Shown: positions 37,886 to 47,423 of the stretch, piece after piece
How the letters are laid out: every line of letters starts with the position of its first letter
How positions within the stretch are numbered: position 1 is the stretch's first letter
NCBI GenBank assembly: GCA_040387855.1
Contig: JAZKCY010000001.1
Coordinates: 445,857 to 509,856 of the forward strand
DNA length: 64,000 bases
Reading direction: 5' to 3'
From: Patescibacteria group bacterium
Lineage (GTDB): Bacteria; Patescibacteriota; Minisyncoccia; Phycocordibacterales; JAKAEA01
Notes under the pieces: model-generated
The model's input: the letters and a program-made list of their open reading frames with translations, nothing else
The model's database searches: none
What the model was told of the DNA's origin: nothing
Made by a program: the position numbers and the translations under genes

Positions 37886-38776
37886 ATGCCTATACCTAAT
37901 GAATATATTCTCGATTATATCAACTCTAAGGAGAGAGGAGTGAATACTCGACGAAATTATTTAATATGGTTAAATAAATTATCATCATTAATCGAGAAAG
38001 AAATAGATTTGTTCACCGAAAAAGATTATGAGGATATCGGAAATTATCTACTAAAATCAAATTCTTTAGCATATGTATCGTCCTTAATGTGGCAATTACA
38101 AAACATATTAGCATATTTAAGAAATCGAGATATCGTTAAAATCGATTTATATAAGCTTAATAAGTTTACAAATAATTATGCACCAAATATAACAGAACAG
38201 ATTATTTCTCCAGAGGAGTATGAAAAGATTCTTGATTATATAATGGATAAAGAGGAAGTGACTGATAACAGCAAGCGTATTAAAATTAGAAATGAATTGA
38301 TAATACGTATTTTGTGGGATACTGGAATTACAGTAACAGAAGTAATTAATTTGAGATTAAAGAATATTGATTTTGAAAAAAGATACATAATTATTGGTGA
38401 ACTAAATCCCAGAAGATTAGCATTATCAATGAAGACCATAGAAACAGCAAAATCATATAAAAAGCTTTTAGGTCTAGAAAATCAAAATGCTCCATTTATT
38501 CAAAATTTTGTAAAAAAGAGTTTTGATAAAAAATTCAGTGCAAGATCAATTCAAAGGTTTCTAAAGGATATAACTCAGGAATGTAAAATTGAAAGTGTAG
38601 TTACACCAAATTCATTTAGACATACTAAAGCTGTAATGCTCCTAAAGAAGGGAAGTCCACCAGATCAAGTAATGAAAATACTAGGGGTTAATGATTTTGA
38701 AAGTATATCTAAGTATATTGATATTATAAATGGAAAAAATATTGAGGTAAAAGTTTTAGGTCAAGAATATTTGTAA
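37886..38776 (+). CDS. Tyrosine site-specific recombinase (phage integrase / XerD-like family)
   Basis: N-terminal SAM-like domain, and a catalytic domain with R...HTKAVMLL...ILGVNDFESISKYI (R-H-R-Y type residues with terminal Tyr in SKYID). A TATAAT -10 lies about 30 bp upstream. Confidence 0.7.
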   Translation: MPIPNEYILDYINSKERGVNTRRNYLIWLNKLSSLIEKEIDLFTEKDYEDIGNYLLKSNSLAYVSSLMWQLQNILAYLRNRDIVKIDLYKLNKFTNNYAPNITEQIISPEEYEKILDYIMDKEEVTDNSKRIKIRNELIIRILWDTGITVTEVINLRLKNIDFEKRYIIIGELNPRRLALSMKTIETAKSYKKLLGLENQNAPFIQNFVKKSFDKKFSARSIQRFLKDITQECKIESVVTPNSFRHTKAVMLLKKGSPPDQVMKILGVNDFESISKYIDIINGKNIEVKVLGQEYL

Positions 38777-38811
38777 GAAAACTCATCTTAGTGATCAAAA
38801 TACTGACCAGA

Positions 38812-38870
38812 GACTTAATACCCCACTAGAGGGTAGGGGGGGAGAGAAGGGAGTAACACCCCTTCTCTTT
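38812..38870 (+). repeat. Direct repeat copy 2 (attR-like), immediately after the recombinase stop
   Basis: GACTTAATACCCCACTAGAGGGTAGGGGGGGAGAGAAGGGAGTAACACCCCTTCTCTTT. Carries G7 where copy 1 has G6. Confidence 0.8.
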
Positions 38871-39259
38871 TCTTTTTTATTTTTTCACCTACATGGAAAT
38901 ATGAGATCATAAAACCAAAAATAGAAATAAAATATTTTCTATAAATAATTGGTAGAGAAGTTACATTAAGTTCAACATTAAGATGAAGATTAAGAACATT
39001 AAGACGCCTGTGGATAACTTTTGAGGGGACCCCTCTTAATGTTCATATAAGGGTCGCACAATATATCTTTTACGACTCATATATACAAATAAGCTCTATA
39101 TATAGATATATTTTGCCTCTATATAAAGGACCTGCCTGTGGCTTCTTATGTACATATCAATGTATATACTAGTATCTATAATTACATATACAACAAGACT
39201 CAAGAATTTTGCTCTTGAGTCTCCCCTGATCTTTATTTTGATTTTTTAGGCTTCTTAGA

Positions 39260-39499
39260 TTATGTTGTTTTGATTATCTTTTCGTATCGTTCAATTTGAT
39301 CTTCATTGGCGTATTTTTCTATGTCACGTTCGAAGATCTCTTTAGCCACAGATCTATGTACCTCAAACTTTTCACCGAGCTGGCCCCAAGTCCATTTCTT
39401 TGGGTCCTTAATGCGGTGCTGTACGATTTGTTCGTTTCGATGCTCCTTAGGAAGGTATACCATGTCCTCTATTTTATTGAACTCCCTACACCTATGCAA
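39260..39499 (-). CDS. Hypothetical small protein (possible HTH)
   Basis: KWTWGQLGEKFEVHRSVAKEIFER is HTH-like; no family recognised. Confidence 0.3.
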   Translation of the reverse strand: MHRCREFNKIEDMVYLPKEHRNEQIVQHRIKDPKKWTWGQLGEKFEVHRSVAKEIFERDIEKYANEDQIERYEKIIKTT

Positions 39500-39669
39500 G
39501 GGATAACTATTTTTTGTAAAAATTATGGAGAAATTCTTGGGACCGTTAGATAGAAATAAAGTTTCAATGACTACTGTATCATTGAAAAATTTGAAGTCCC
39601 TACACTTGTGTGTGATACATGACTATATATGACAGTAAGAGGAATAGTTGAAATAAAAAAGCTCACGAA

Positions 39670-39864
39670 CTACGAAGATTTCGATGAGCGTTTGGATGTG
39701 CGTTTGTTTTTTGCACGCTTTGGTTTGTGCAGCTTTTTTAGCTTTGAGTAATTTAGCGCTGGTCCTTGTGGAGACCTGCGATCACTCAATTGGCCTTGAA
39801 GCCGACGGACCTTAGCAATAGCATCTTTTGTGAGCATAGAGACCTCCTCATAAAAGTATAGCAC
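39670..39864 (-). CDS. Hypothetical small basic protein
   Basis: Lys/Arg-rich C-terminus; not matched to any ribosomal protein I know. Confidence 0.25.
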   Translation of the reverse strand: MLYFYEEVSMLTKDAIAKVRRLQGQLSDRRSPQGPALNYSKLKKLHKPKRAKNKRTSKRSSKSS

Positions 39865-39915
39865 AGGTATGTTTCACAACTTTATTAACACTAGTACCTT
39901 GCAATACAAAGTACT

Positions 39916-40290
39916 ATGGTGTATGGTATACCTATGAACAAAGAATCAATGAGCAAGGACTCCCCTTTGGAGAATTCCCGATCGCAAATGCGCAAAGGTA
40001 TTTTGGAGTTTTGTATATTATTAATTATCGCCCGTGGTCGTATTTATTCTTCTGAAATTTTGCTCCAGCTCAAGGATGCAGATTTGCTGGTAGTGGAGGG
40101 GACTCTCTATCCCCTGCTCAGTCGCCTAAAGACTCAAGGCTTGCTCGAACATTCATGGGAAGAATCAAAGTCTGGTCCCCCACGAAAATATTTTACCCTT
40201 ACAAATAAAGGCCACGATACATTGAAAGAACTGAAAGCTACATGGAAAATTCTCTCAGCTTCTATACACTCACTCATTAACAATAAATAA
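39916..40290 (+). CDS. PadR family transcriptional regulator
   Basis: ILEFCILLIIARGRIYSSEILLQLKD...EGTLYPLLSRLKTQGLLEHSWEES is the PadR winged-helix signature. Confidence 0.8.
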   Translation: MVYGIPMNKESMSKDSPLENSRSQMRKGILEFCILLIIARGRIYSSEILLQLKDADLLVVEGTLYPLLSRLKTQGLLEHSWEESKSGPPRKYFTLTNKGHDTLKELKATWKILSASIHSLINNK

Positions 40291-40291
40291 T

Positions 40292-41980
40292 ATGAAAAAA
40301 GCTTTAACAATAACTATAGCCGGTACCCTCTTTACTATTGAGGAAGATGCATATCAAAAACTTGATGTGTATTTAAAATCTATTCAAAATTATTTTGGTA
40401 CAAGTGCTGAGGGTAAAGAAATTATAGAAGACATTGAGGCACGAATTGCCGAACAGCTTTTAGAAAATAAAACGGTTGCTGGTGTTGTTACTATTGAAGC
40501 TATCGAAAAGCTCATGACAACGATGGGAAGTGTTGAAGACTTTGGTGACAAGCCAGAATCTACAGGTACAGCATCGGAGAGTTCTAATGAAGACCCTACA
40601 GCGTCACGAAAGCTGTACAGAGATACTGATGATGTGGTGATTGCTGGTGTTGCTTCAGGTATCGCACACTATATAAAAGTTGATCCGCTCTTTGTTCGTC
40701 TTGGATTTATTGTCCTCACACTTATCACTTCTGGATTTTGGATTGTACTCTATATAATTCTTGCACTCATTGTTCCTAAAGCAGAAACAGCAGCAGAAAA
40801 AATGCAGCAGCGAGGAGGACCTGTTACCCTATCTTCATTTAAAGAAACGATAAAGAAAAATAGCGAGGAGTATATGCAGCGGTCATCAAAGCTTCGCACA
40901 ATACTAGAAAGACTTATCAGAGTATTTGGAAAGATTGTTGTAGTGTTTGTTAAAATTATTATAGGTTTAATTGCTATTAGTCTTATTGCTGGTGCATTAT
41001 TTGGATTAATTACTGCAACATTTACCTATGCCAATCTTATCTTCAATAGTAATTCTACGTATGTAGGGTTCCCTATAACAGAAGTTATTGGAGGACTGGC
41101 CCTCTTTGGATTGTCTACATTCTATTTTATTGCTGTAGCAATTCCACTTATTGTTATTGCGCTTTTGGGAGTAATGATGATTCGCCGAAAGAAAGTAGTT
41201 GGTATGCGATCAAGCGCTATCTTAGCTGGTGTGTGGGCATTGTCATTAATTATGGCTGGTACACTTTCAGTTAAATATATTCCACAAATTCATGATCATC
41301 TTGAGTCAATGCCAGAGAATCAAAGAGTAACTGAAACTCAGGCTATTACTCAGCCTTTTACCAAGCTCGATCTTAATGGATTTGAAAAAGTAAAATTTGT
41401 TCAAGCATCTACAACCTCAATTGTAGAAGAAGGACGTCGTGCTGATGTAGATGAGACAAAGTTTGAAGTGAAAGATGGAACACTTACTTTACAACGAGAT
41501 ATTCAAAATGAGTTTTGCTTGTTCTGTGATCGGGATAGTGTCGACATTATTATTTCTGCACCATTTGTAGATCGAATAGATATTACAGATAATATTCGTT
41601 TTCAAAGTGATGATATTCGTGGGGAAAAAGTGACTGTCGTAGTAGAAGATGTAGCACGAGCTGATATGAAAGTAGATGTTCGAGAATTAGTAGTTATAAC
41701 GCAGGGAGTTGCACGTGCTCATATTACAGGAACTTCAACATCGATGGGACTAACTCTAGAAGATGCTTCTCGTTTTGAAGGTGATACTATGAATGTGAGA
41801 GATGCATCTGTTAAGGCTTCTGGAGTTTCTCGTGCGTACGTACATGTAGATGCAACTCTCCATATTGATGCAGAGGATGTAAGCAGAGTTGAATACACTG
41901 GTACAGCAGAACCCACAATCATAGATAGTGATAATGCAAGAGTTGAACGAATGGATGCTGTAGAAGCTAGAACTGATTAA
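40292..41980 (+). CDS. PspC domain membrane protein with C-terminal DUF4097/DUF2807-like (adhesin-head-like beta) domain
   Basis: DVVIAGVASGIAHYIKVDPLFVRLGFIVLTL is the PspC domain. Multiple TM segments, and a C-terminal repetitive beta-rich region (VDVRELVVITQGVARAHITG...). This is the classic PadR-PspC-DUF4097 gene order. Confidence 0.6.
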   Translation: MKKALTITIAGTLFTIEEDAYQKLDVYLKSIQNYFGTSAEGKEIIEDIEARIAEQLLENKTVAGVVTIEAIEKLMTTMGSVEDFGDKPESTGTASESSNEDPTASRKLYRDTDDVVIAGVASGIAHYIKVDPLFVRLGFIVLTLITSGFWIVLYIILALIVPKAETAAEKMQQRGGPVTLSSFKETIKKNSEEYMQRSSKLRTILERLIRVFGKIVVVFVKIIIGLIAISLIAGALFGLITATFTYANLIFNSNSTYVGFPITEVIGGLALFGLSTFYFIAVAIPLIVIALLGVMMIRRKKVVGMRSSAILAGVWALSLIMAGTLSVKYIPQIHDHLESMPENQRVTETQAITQPFTKLDLNGFEKVKFVQASTTSIVEEGRRADVDETKFEVKDGTLTLQRDIQNEFCLFCDRDSVDIIISAPFVDRIDITDNIRFQSDDIRGEKVTVVVEDVARADMKVDVRELVVITQGVARAHITGTSTSMGLTLEDASRFEGDTMNVRDASVKASGVSRAYVHVDATLHIDAEDVSRVEYTGTAEPTIIDSDNARVERMDAVEARTD

Positions 41981-43872
41981 GTACTAAGTGCTTTCAAGAC
42001 TTCGCTTAATTTTATTTTAGCAAAGCATGATACTTTGTCTGCGCCACCGTAATAGATAAAGATATTATCGCCACGTACTACTGCCCCACAAGGAAATACT
42101 ACGTTATTAATTTCTCCAATAAGTTCATATTGTTCAATAGGTTCAAATAAATGATCAGTCATTCGTGCAGTAACGATCATAGGGTCTTTTAGATCAAGCA
42201 TTAATGCACTTGTGCGATAAATGCCATCATCTGAAATGCCATGGTAAAGCATAAGCCAGCCTTGCTTTGTCTTGATAGGAGGACATGAAAGACCAACTTT
42301 TTTGCTGTCCCACATTCCTGGTCGTGGGGTTAGAATCGGTGTGTATTCTTTTACTCTTTTTGGATTCTTTAAATCAATATAACTAGCAACAATATTGTGA
42401 TCAATACGATGAATCATGAGATTCTTGCCATTTTTAGTAAACGGCATAATGCATGAATCTTTATCATCAATTCCCTCTGGAGAAATAAGAACGGGTTTAG
42501 TCCATTCCCAATCGTGATTGAGAAAATCTTCTGTTGAAATGCTACTAAGAGCAACTGCTGGTGCATCTGTTCCGTTGTATGCTGTGTATGTGATATAGAG
42601 TCTGTCACCTATTTCAACTATTCGTGCATCTTCACATCCTGAATTGCCATTGGGTATATTTTTACTTTCAAAGCTTTCTCGTGGGGTGTAAATAGGATAC
42701 GGCAATCGCTCATCAATCTTTGTTCCGTTTTTTGATGATGCATATCCTACTGTTGAAGTATTATCCATAGACCATGCTCTATAGAGAATGTGGATTTTTC
42801 CATCAAGATCAATTGCTGCAGGATTGAATACTGCTCTATCTTCCCACTTTTCTTTTGTTGGAGAAAGAATTGGGTTGGAAGGCAATCGTAATATCTTTTT
42901 TGAAGGATGATCCAACATTGTTTGCAGTAAATCATCAACATTCACATATGCAACTGCTGTTGTCGTATCTGTAGCTCCATAAAAGATATAAAGTGTCTCA
43001 TCTTCTATTAATGCACCGGATGGAAAAATTGTTTTCGGTACAGTTCCGTATATTTCATAATGCTCTTCTGGAACAAGAAGTGGACCTTTTGTGCGAGCAA
43101 TAACTTTTTGTGGATCTTTGAGATCAAGTAAGACAGCTTCAATACCGAATATCTTTTCTTCAGAATAATAATTTTGAATGTGAGAATAAATAATAAGCCA
43201 GCCGTGTTTAGTCTTGATTGGTGTTGATCCTACTTCAATCTGATCGGTTGGTTTTCGTTTGAGATCCGTAATAAGGTGATCATCTATTTTGTCATGCCAT
43301 GTATTCCAAAATTTCTCTGACCACATATCTTCTTCTTTTGAAAATTGTGCAATTGCAATCTTTGAAGGCGGTTCATCAGTATGAGCAGAAAGAATAACCG
43401 TATATTTGCCGTTAATCTTTTCCGGGAAGAGGGCCATTGCTTTTGCATTAAATGGCGTAACTAAATGTTTTTCTCGTACTGTTTCTAGATCATCACTCAA
43501 TGCTACGGCAACTTTAATTCCCCGAGCGCCAAATGGAAATGTAGAAAGTGCAGTATAAAACGTGTAGTAAGTCTTTCCTAATTTTGTTACGCGAGGATCT
43601 TCGCATCCATAACGTTCCCAAGCTTCTGTAGGTTCTATAAATACCTGTCTGTTTTTATAATCCGCGCCATTGGTACTTACTGCCTTATAAATAGTGGATA
43701 AAGAAAAGTTCGTATTCTCAAATCGCTCTGGAGTAGTCTGTGCTCGATACAAAATATGAGTACGAGTTCCAATTTTGATTGGACTCGCATTAAATGCAGC
43801 ATATGCTTCATGAGCATTTGTTGTGTCGGGAGAAAGTATGGGATTTTGTTTTGATCGATGGACCGTATACAT
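41977..43872 (-). CDS. Tandem double-domain GH130-like (DUF377, beta-mannoside phosphorylase-like) glycosidase
   Basis: Two copies of the (F/A)FN(P/A)..I..(D)G..HILYRA block (AFNASPIKIGTRTHILYRA; VFNPAAIDLDGKIHILYRA). 631 aa. Confidence 0.5.
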   Translation of the reverse strand: MYTVHRSKQNPILSPDTTNAHEAYAAFNASPIKIGTRTHILYRAQTTPERFENTNFSLSTIYKAVSTNGADYKNRQVFIEPTEAWERYGCEDPRVTKLGKTYYTFYTALSTFPFGARGIKVAVALSDDLETVREKHLVTPFNAKAMALFPEKINGKYTVILSAHTDEPPSKIAIAQFSKEEDMWSEKFWNTWHDKIDDHLITDLKRKPTDQIEVGSTPIKTKHGWLIIYSHIQNYYSEEKIFGIEAVLLDLKDPQKVIARTKGPLLVPEEHYEIYGTVPKTIFPSGALIEDETLYIFYGATDTTTAVAYVNVDDLLQTMLDHPSKKILRLPSNPILSPTKEKWEDRAVFNPAAIDLDGKIHILYRAWSMDNTSTVGYASSKNGTKIDERLPYPIYTPRESFESKNIPNGNSGCEDARIVEIGDRLYITYTAYNGTDAPAVALSSISTEDFLNHDWEWTKPVLISPEGIDDKDSCIMPFTKNGKNLMIHRIDHNIVASYIDLKNPKRVKEYTPILTPRPGMWDSKKVGLSCPPIKTKQGWLMLYHGISDDGIYRTSALMLDLKDPMIVTARMTDHLFEPIEQYELIGEINNVVFPCGAVVRGDNIFIYYGGADKVSCFAKIKLSEVLKALST

Positions 43873-43878
43873 AGAATT

Positions 43879-45744
43879 TTAGATTGCGATTGATTTTTCA
43901 GGCTTGAGCGTAAACTCTTTGTTCTTTATTACTTTATCGAGTAATTCTTGAAGTGGTGCTGTTGCTACACAGATATGCTTATCTCCGCCACCGTAGTACA
44001 CATAGAGTGTATCGTTTTCTATAACTGCACCACAGGCATACACCACACCTGGCTTCCAATCATTTTCATACCAGGCATTTGGTTCAAGCAATGGTGCGGG
44101 TGCTCGAGCAAGTATTTTCTTTGGATCTTTAAGATCAAGCAACATTGCACCCAATTTATACTGATCAGGCTCGCGCTTATCTATGGCATGATATAAGACT
44201 AGCCAGCCCTTATCTGTTTTTAATGGTGGTGGACCAACTCCTCGTACATAAGTATCCCATGATGCTTGAGGCTTTCGTTTACCGAAATTACTTTTGATTT
44301 CTACTTTACCTGTAGCTAGATCCTCAAGCTTGTTCACATAATCAACTTCAATAGTTGGTGAAATATTGTGTAAGATAGCAAATTTGCCGTTAATCTTTTC
44401 TGGAAATAACACCCAGTTTTTATTTATTTTTTGAAGAGGAGAAATCAAAAGTGGTTTACTCCATCGCCACTTTTTACTTAAGAAATTCTTTAATGAAATA
44501 GAAGAAACTCCAATGCGAATACTGTCCCATCCCTCAAAGGCACTAAAAGTTACATAGACTTTGTTATCTATAGCAACCATGCGTGGATCTTCACATCCTC
44601 CCCAGCTTCCGCCAGATGGATACATTACAGGATCATATTTTCTAAATTCTGGATCTACATTGAGTCGTGGGTTTTCCATCGCGAATACAGCTTGTTCATG
44701 ATGGTCATCAAACATGAGTCCATCTGTACTTCCTGAATATCCCAAACGAGATACTCCATCAGCTCCTACCGCTCGATAGATAAGGTGTACTTTGCCTTGT
44801 GAGTCGCGAAATGCCGCAGGATTAAACGTCCCACCTGCAGTCCACTCTAAGTGGAGTGCGGGAGATAAAACAGGGTTTTTATGATGCTTTTTAAGCTCTG
44901 ATTTATCTACCTTTGGATGAGTGTGAAGTGAGTGAGTGAGTGCATGCGTTGGTACATCAAGTCGAGTACTCAAAATATAACCTTCTGCAGAGGTCCAAAA
45001 TAGAGATACTGTTGCATCAGTATGTTCTACTAAACCTAACGGCCGCATGTCGGTAAAGTGCTCGGTGGTAAGTGTTGCTTTCCATAGTGGGTCAAATGCA
45101 CGCCACAATATTTTTGTTGGAGTATGTTTATCCAAAAGCACTGCTCCTACTTGGATTACCCATTGCTCATCCTTGAGATATGAAGAATCGTAAAATAGTA
45201 GAGTCCCTCGCAATGTCTCATATGAACCCATGAGTTTTATCACATCTTGGTCAAAGAAATCTTGACGATAGGTCATGATGAGTCCAGGAGCTTTTACCCA
45301 AGTATGCAGATTTTTTGAATATGCCAAACGAGTAAAAGTGCCACCTGAAAACATATGATATTTGTGAGTATGATCGGAAGATTCTGCGAGTACTACATCA
45401 TCTGACGTTGCTGCTACTTCAGACACAATGAGCCATTTTATAAGATCGATAGATGTAGCGATAACGCGCTCTCTCGTGCCACGTTTGATGCGAATATAAG
45501 TAGCTGTCCACATTTTTTCATGTTCAGAAATGGAAAAAGTACTGCAATGGGCAGGATTTTCTTTTGTTCCATGAGGTAAAGAGATACTTATATCTTCAAA
45601 TTCTAGAGACTCTGCAAAAGATCCATCTTTTTGTTTCCAAAGAATTATAAACTTTGATGAAGCAGCATCAGTACGCGCAAAAATACCAACAGAATCTTGG
45701 TTCCCTAGTATTCCAAGTGGTATATAAGGCGTTTGTTTCGCCAT
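43879..45744 (-). CDS. Tandem double-domain GH130-like glycosidase (paralog of 41977..43872)
   Basis: TFNPAAFRDSQGKVHLIYRA plus a second beta-propeller-like half; 621 aa. Confidence 0.5.
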   Translation of the reverse strand: MAKQTPYIPLGILGNQDSVGIFARTDAASSKFIILWKQKDGSFAESLEFEDISISLPHGTKENPAHCSTFSISEHEKMWTATYIRIKRGTRERVIATSIDLIKWLIVSEVAATSDDVVLAESSDHTHKYHMFSGGTFTRLAYSKNLHTWVKAPGLIMTYRQDFFDQDVIKLMGSYETLRGTLLFYDSSYLKDEQWVIQVGAVLLDKHTPTKILWRAFDPLWKATLTTEHFTDMRPLGLVEHTDATVSLFWTSAEGYILSTRLDVPTHALTHSLHTHPKVDKSELKKHHKNPVLSPALHLEWTAGGTFNPAAFRDSQGKVHLIYRAVGADGVSRLGYSGSTDGLMFDDHHEQAVFAMENPRLNVDPEFRKYDPVMYPSGGSWGGCEDPRMVAIDNKVYVTFSAFEGWDSIRIGVSSISLKNFLSKKWRWSKPLLISPLQKINKNWVLFPEKINGKFAILHNISPTIEVDYVNKLEDLATGKVEIKSNFGKRKPQASWDTYVRGVGPPPLKTDKGWLVLYHAIDKREPDQYKLGAMLLDLKDPKKILARAPAPLLEPNAWYENDWKPGVVYACGAVIENDTLYVYYGGGDKHICVATAPLQELLDKVIKNKEFTLKPEKSIAI

Positions 45745-45752
45745 AGGATTAA

Positions 45753-46124
45753 TTAAGAGCGTCCATACTTATCCTCGAGTCGGATAATGTCGTTTTCATC
45801 AAAATCGCCAGTTGATATCTCGAGTATCAATGCGTTTTCTTGTGTCGTTGCAATACGATGCTGCAAGCCAGCAGGAATTGTAAATTCGTCTCCAGGTTGT
45901 GCTTCAATATGTTCTTCGCCAATCGTGAGTGTAGGTGTGCCAGAAATAACCTTCCAAAATTCTTCCCGTTTTGCATGGGTTTGCAAACTCAGCTGCTCTC
46001 CAGCCTTCACAAAAATAGTTTTAACTGTAGATAGTTCGTTGTGTGTAAATTGTGTAAATGATCCCCATGGTTTATCGGTCGTAGAAGATTTCATAGATAG
46101 GCTTATTATACATGGTATCTTCAT
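45753..46124 (-). CDS. Cupin domain protein (mannose-6-phosphate isomerase type II C-terminal cupin-like)
   Basis: PWGSFTQF...LQTHAKREEFWKVISGT...GDEFTIPAGLQHRI is the cupin two-motif pattern. Confidence 0.65.
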   Translation of the reverse strand: MKIPCIISLSMKSSTTDKPWGSFTQFTHNELSTVKTIFVKAGEQLSLQTHAKREEFWKVISGTPTLTIGEEHIEAQPGDEFTIPAGLQHRIATTQENALILEISTGDFDENDIIRLEDKYGRS

Positions 46125-46219
46125 GAAAGGTTCATCAAAGTATCTTCAAACTGTGGATATGTATGAACTCGCTCTAATTGATGGTTTTTTTCAGGTGCAA
46201 AATATGATATAGATATAGT

Positions 46220-47221
46220 ATGAAATTCCTTCGGAGGAGTGTCTTTTTAAATATAAGTATCTTTCTTTGTGGGATTATTCTTGGAGGAAGTGTAATATAC
46301 AGTATATTTACTTCAAGAACCCCAGCAAATACATCTAAACTCATTAGAGAAAATTCCAACGAATATACGTATATAAATCCACTTCTTTTTACAGAAATCA
46401 GTAGTAAGAATACCTTTAACGAATTCACTTCTCTTGAGAAAAAACTGAGAACCTCAATCGATCAATTCACAAAAGATAAAAAGGCTGATTCAGTCTCAGT
46501 ATATATTCGTAGTCTAAATAGCGGCCACTGGACAGGTATAAATGAAGATGTGCTCTACGCTCCTGCAAGCATGCTTAAGGTTGCTCTTATGATCGCTTAT
46601 CTAAAAGAAGTTGAATCAAATTCAGAAATTCTAGATAAAAAAATTCTATATAAAGTCATAAGTAATGAAAAACAGTTTTATTCACCACATACAACTTTTG
46701 AAGATGGGAAATATTATACAGTCCGGCAATTGATTCAGGATATGATAGTCGAATCGGGTAATAATTCAAATCTAGCACTTCTTAATGCAATCGATCAAGA
46801 AGAATTAATAAAGGTATATACAGATCTACGTATCCAGATTCCAATAAAAGACATGCCTGAATTTCTTTCAGTAAAATCCTATTCTACACTATTTAGGACG
46901 CTGTATAGTTCAACATACTTAAATAGAAATATATCGGAATTGGCTCTGGATCTTTTGGCCCATGTTAGTTTTAATGATGGACTGAAAGGTGGAGTTCCAG
47001 ACATAATTCCTGTTGCTCATAAATTTGGCGAAAGGTCATACATCAATAACGATAATCATGAAGTTAAAGAGTTACATGACTGTGGAATTGTATACTATCC
47101 GCAGGATCCATATTTTATATGTGTTATGACTCGAGGTAATGACTTCCCTTCATTAAGTAACGTTATTCAAACTATTTCGAAAGAGACCTATACTTGGTTT
47201 TCATCTAGAATCTCTTTCTGA
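46220..47221 (+). CDS. Class A beta-lactamase-like / PBP-like serine hydrolase
   Basis: SMLK (SxxK) in PASMLKVALMIAYL, ESGNNS (SxN) and HKFGE (KTG-like); N-terminal TM. Confidence 0.6.
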   Translation: MKFLRRSVFLNISIFLCGIILGGSVIYSIFTSRTPANTSKLIRENSNEYTYINPLLFTEISSKNTFNEFTSLEKKLRTSIDQFTKDKKADSVSVYIRSLNSGHWTGINEDVLYAPASMLKVALMIAYLKEVESNSEILDKKILYKVISNEKQFYSPHTTFEDGKYYTVRQLIQDMIVESGNNSNLALLNAIDQEELIKVYTDLRIQIPIKDMPEFLSVKSYSTLFRTLYSSTYLNRNISELALDLLAHVSFNDGLKGGVPDIIPVAHKFGERSYINNDNHEVKELHDCGIVYYPQDPYFICVMTRGNDFPSLSNVIQTISKETYTWFSSRISF

Positions 47222-47412
47222 ATTTCTTTAAACTCATTTTCAATCTTAGCCAAACGAGCTTTGCAGGCTTTAATAAGGTCGGCACCTTCTCGAACCTTAG
47301 TAAGTCCTAGTTCTACATCAATCTCTCGTTCATTTTCAAACCATTTTACGATTTCTGAGAGTTTGGAGAGTGATTCTGTGAGATTTATCTTATTTTCAGT
47401 TTTTGTTGTCAT
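47188..47412 (-). CDS. xseB: Exodeoxyribonuclease VII small subunit
   Basis: LSKLSEIVKWFENEREIDVELGLTKVREGADLIKACKARLAKIENE is the XseB signature. Confidence 0.85.
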   Translation of the reverse strand: MTTKTENKINLTESLSKLSEIVKWFENEREIDVELGLTKVREGADLIKACKARLAKIENEFKEIQKEILDENQV

Positions 47413-47423
47413 GTTCTTTATTG

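Larger units (their letters stand above)
37205..38870 (+). mobile_element. Small integrase-bearing element bounded by ~60-bp direct repeats, inserted at the 3' end of the VanW-like gene
   Basis: The DR pair, the tyrosine recombinase, the internal IR pair, and the reconstituted 3' end of the flanking gene (TGA in DR1 versus TAA in DR2). Confidence 0.6.

Noticed and set aside
39670-39864. Small basic ORF as a ribosomal protein (S21, L35 or S20)
   Set aside because: The sequence does not align with the conserved blocks of those families as I recall them. It is left as hypothetical.
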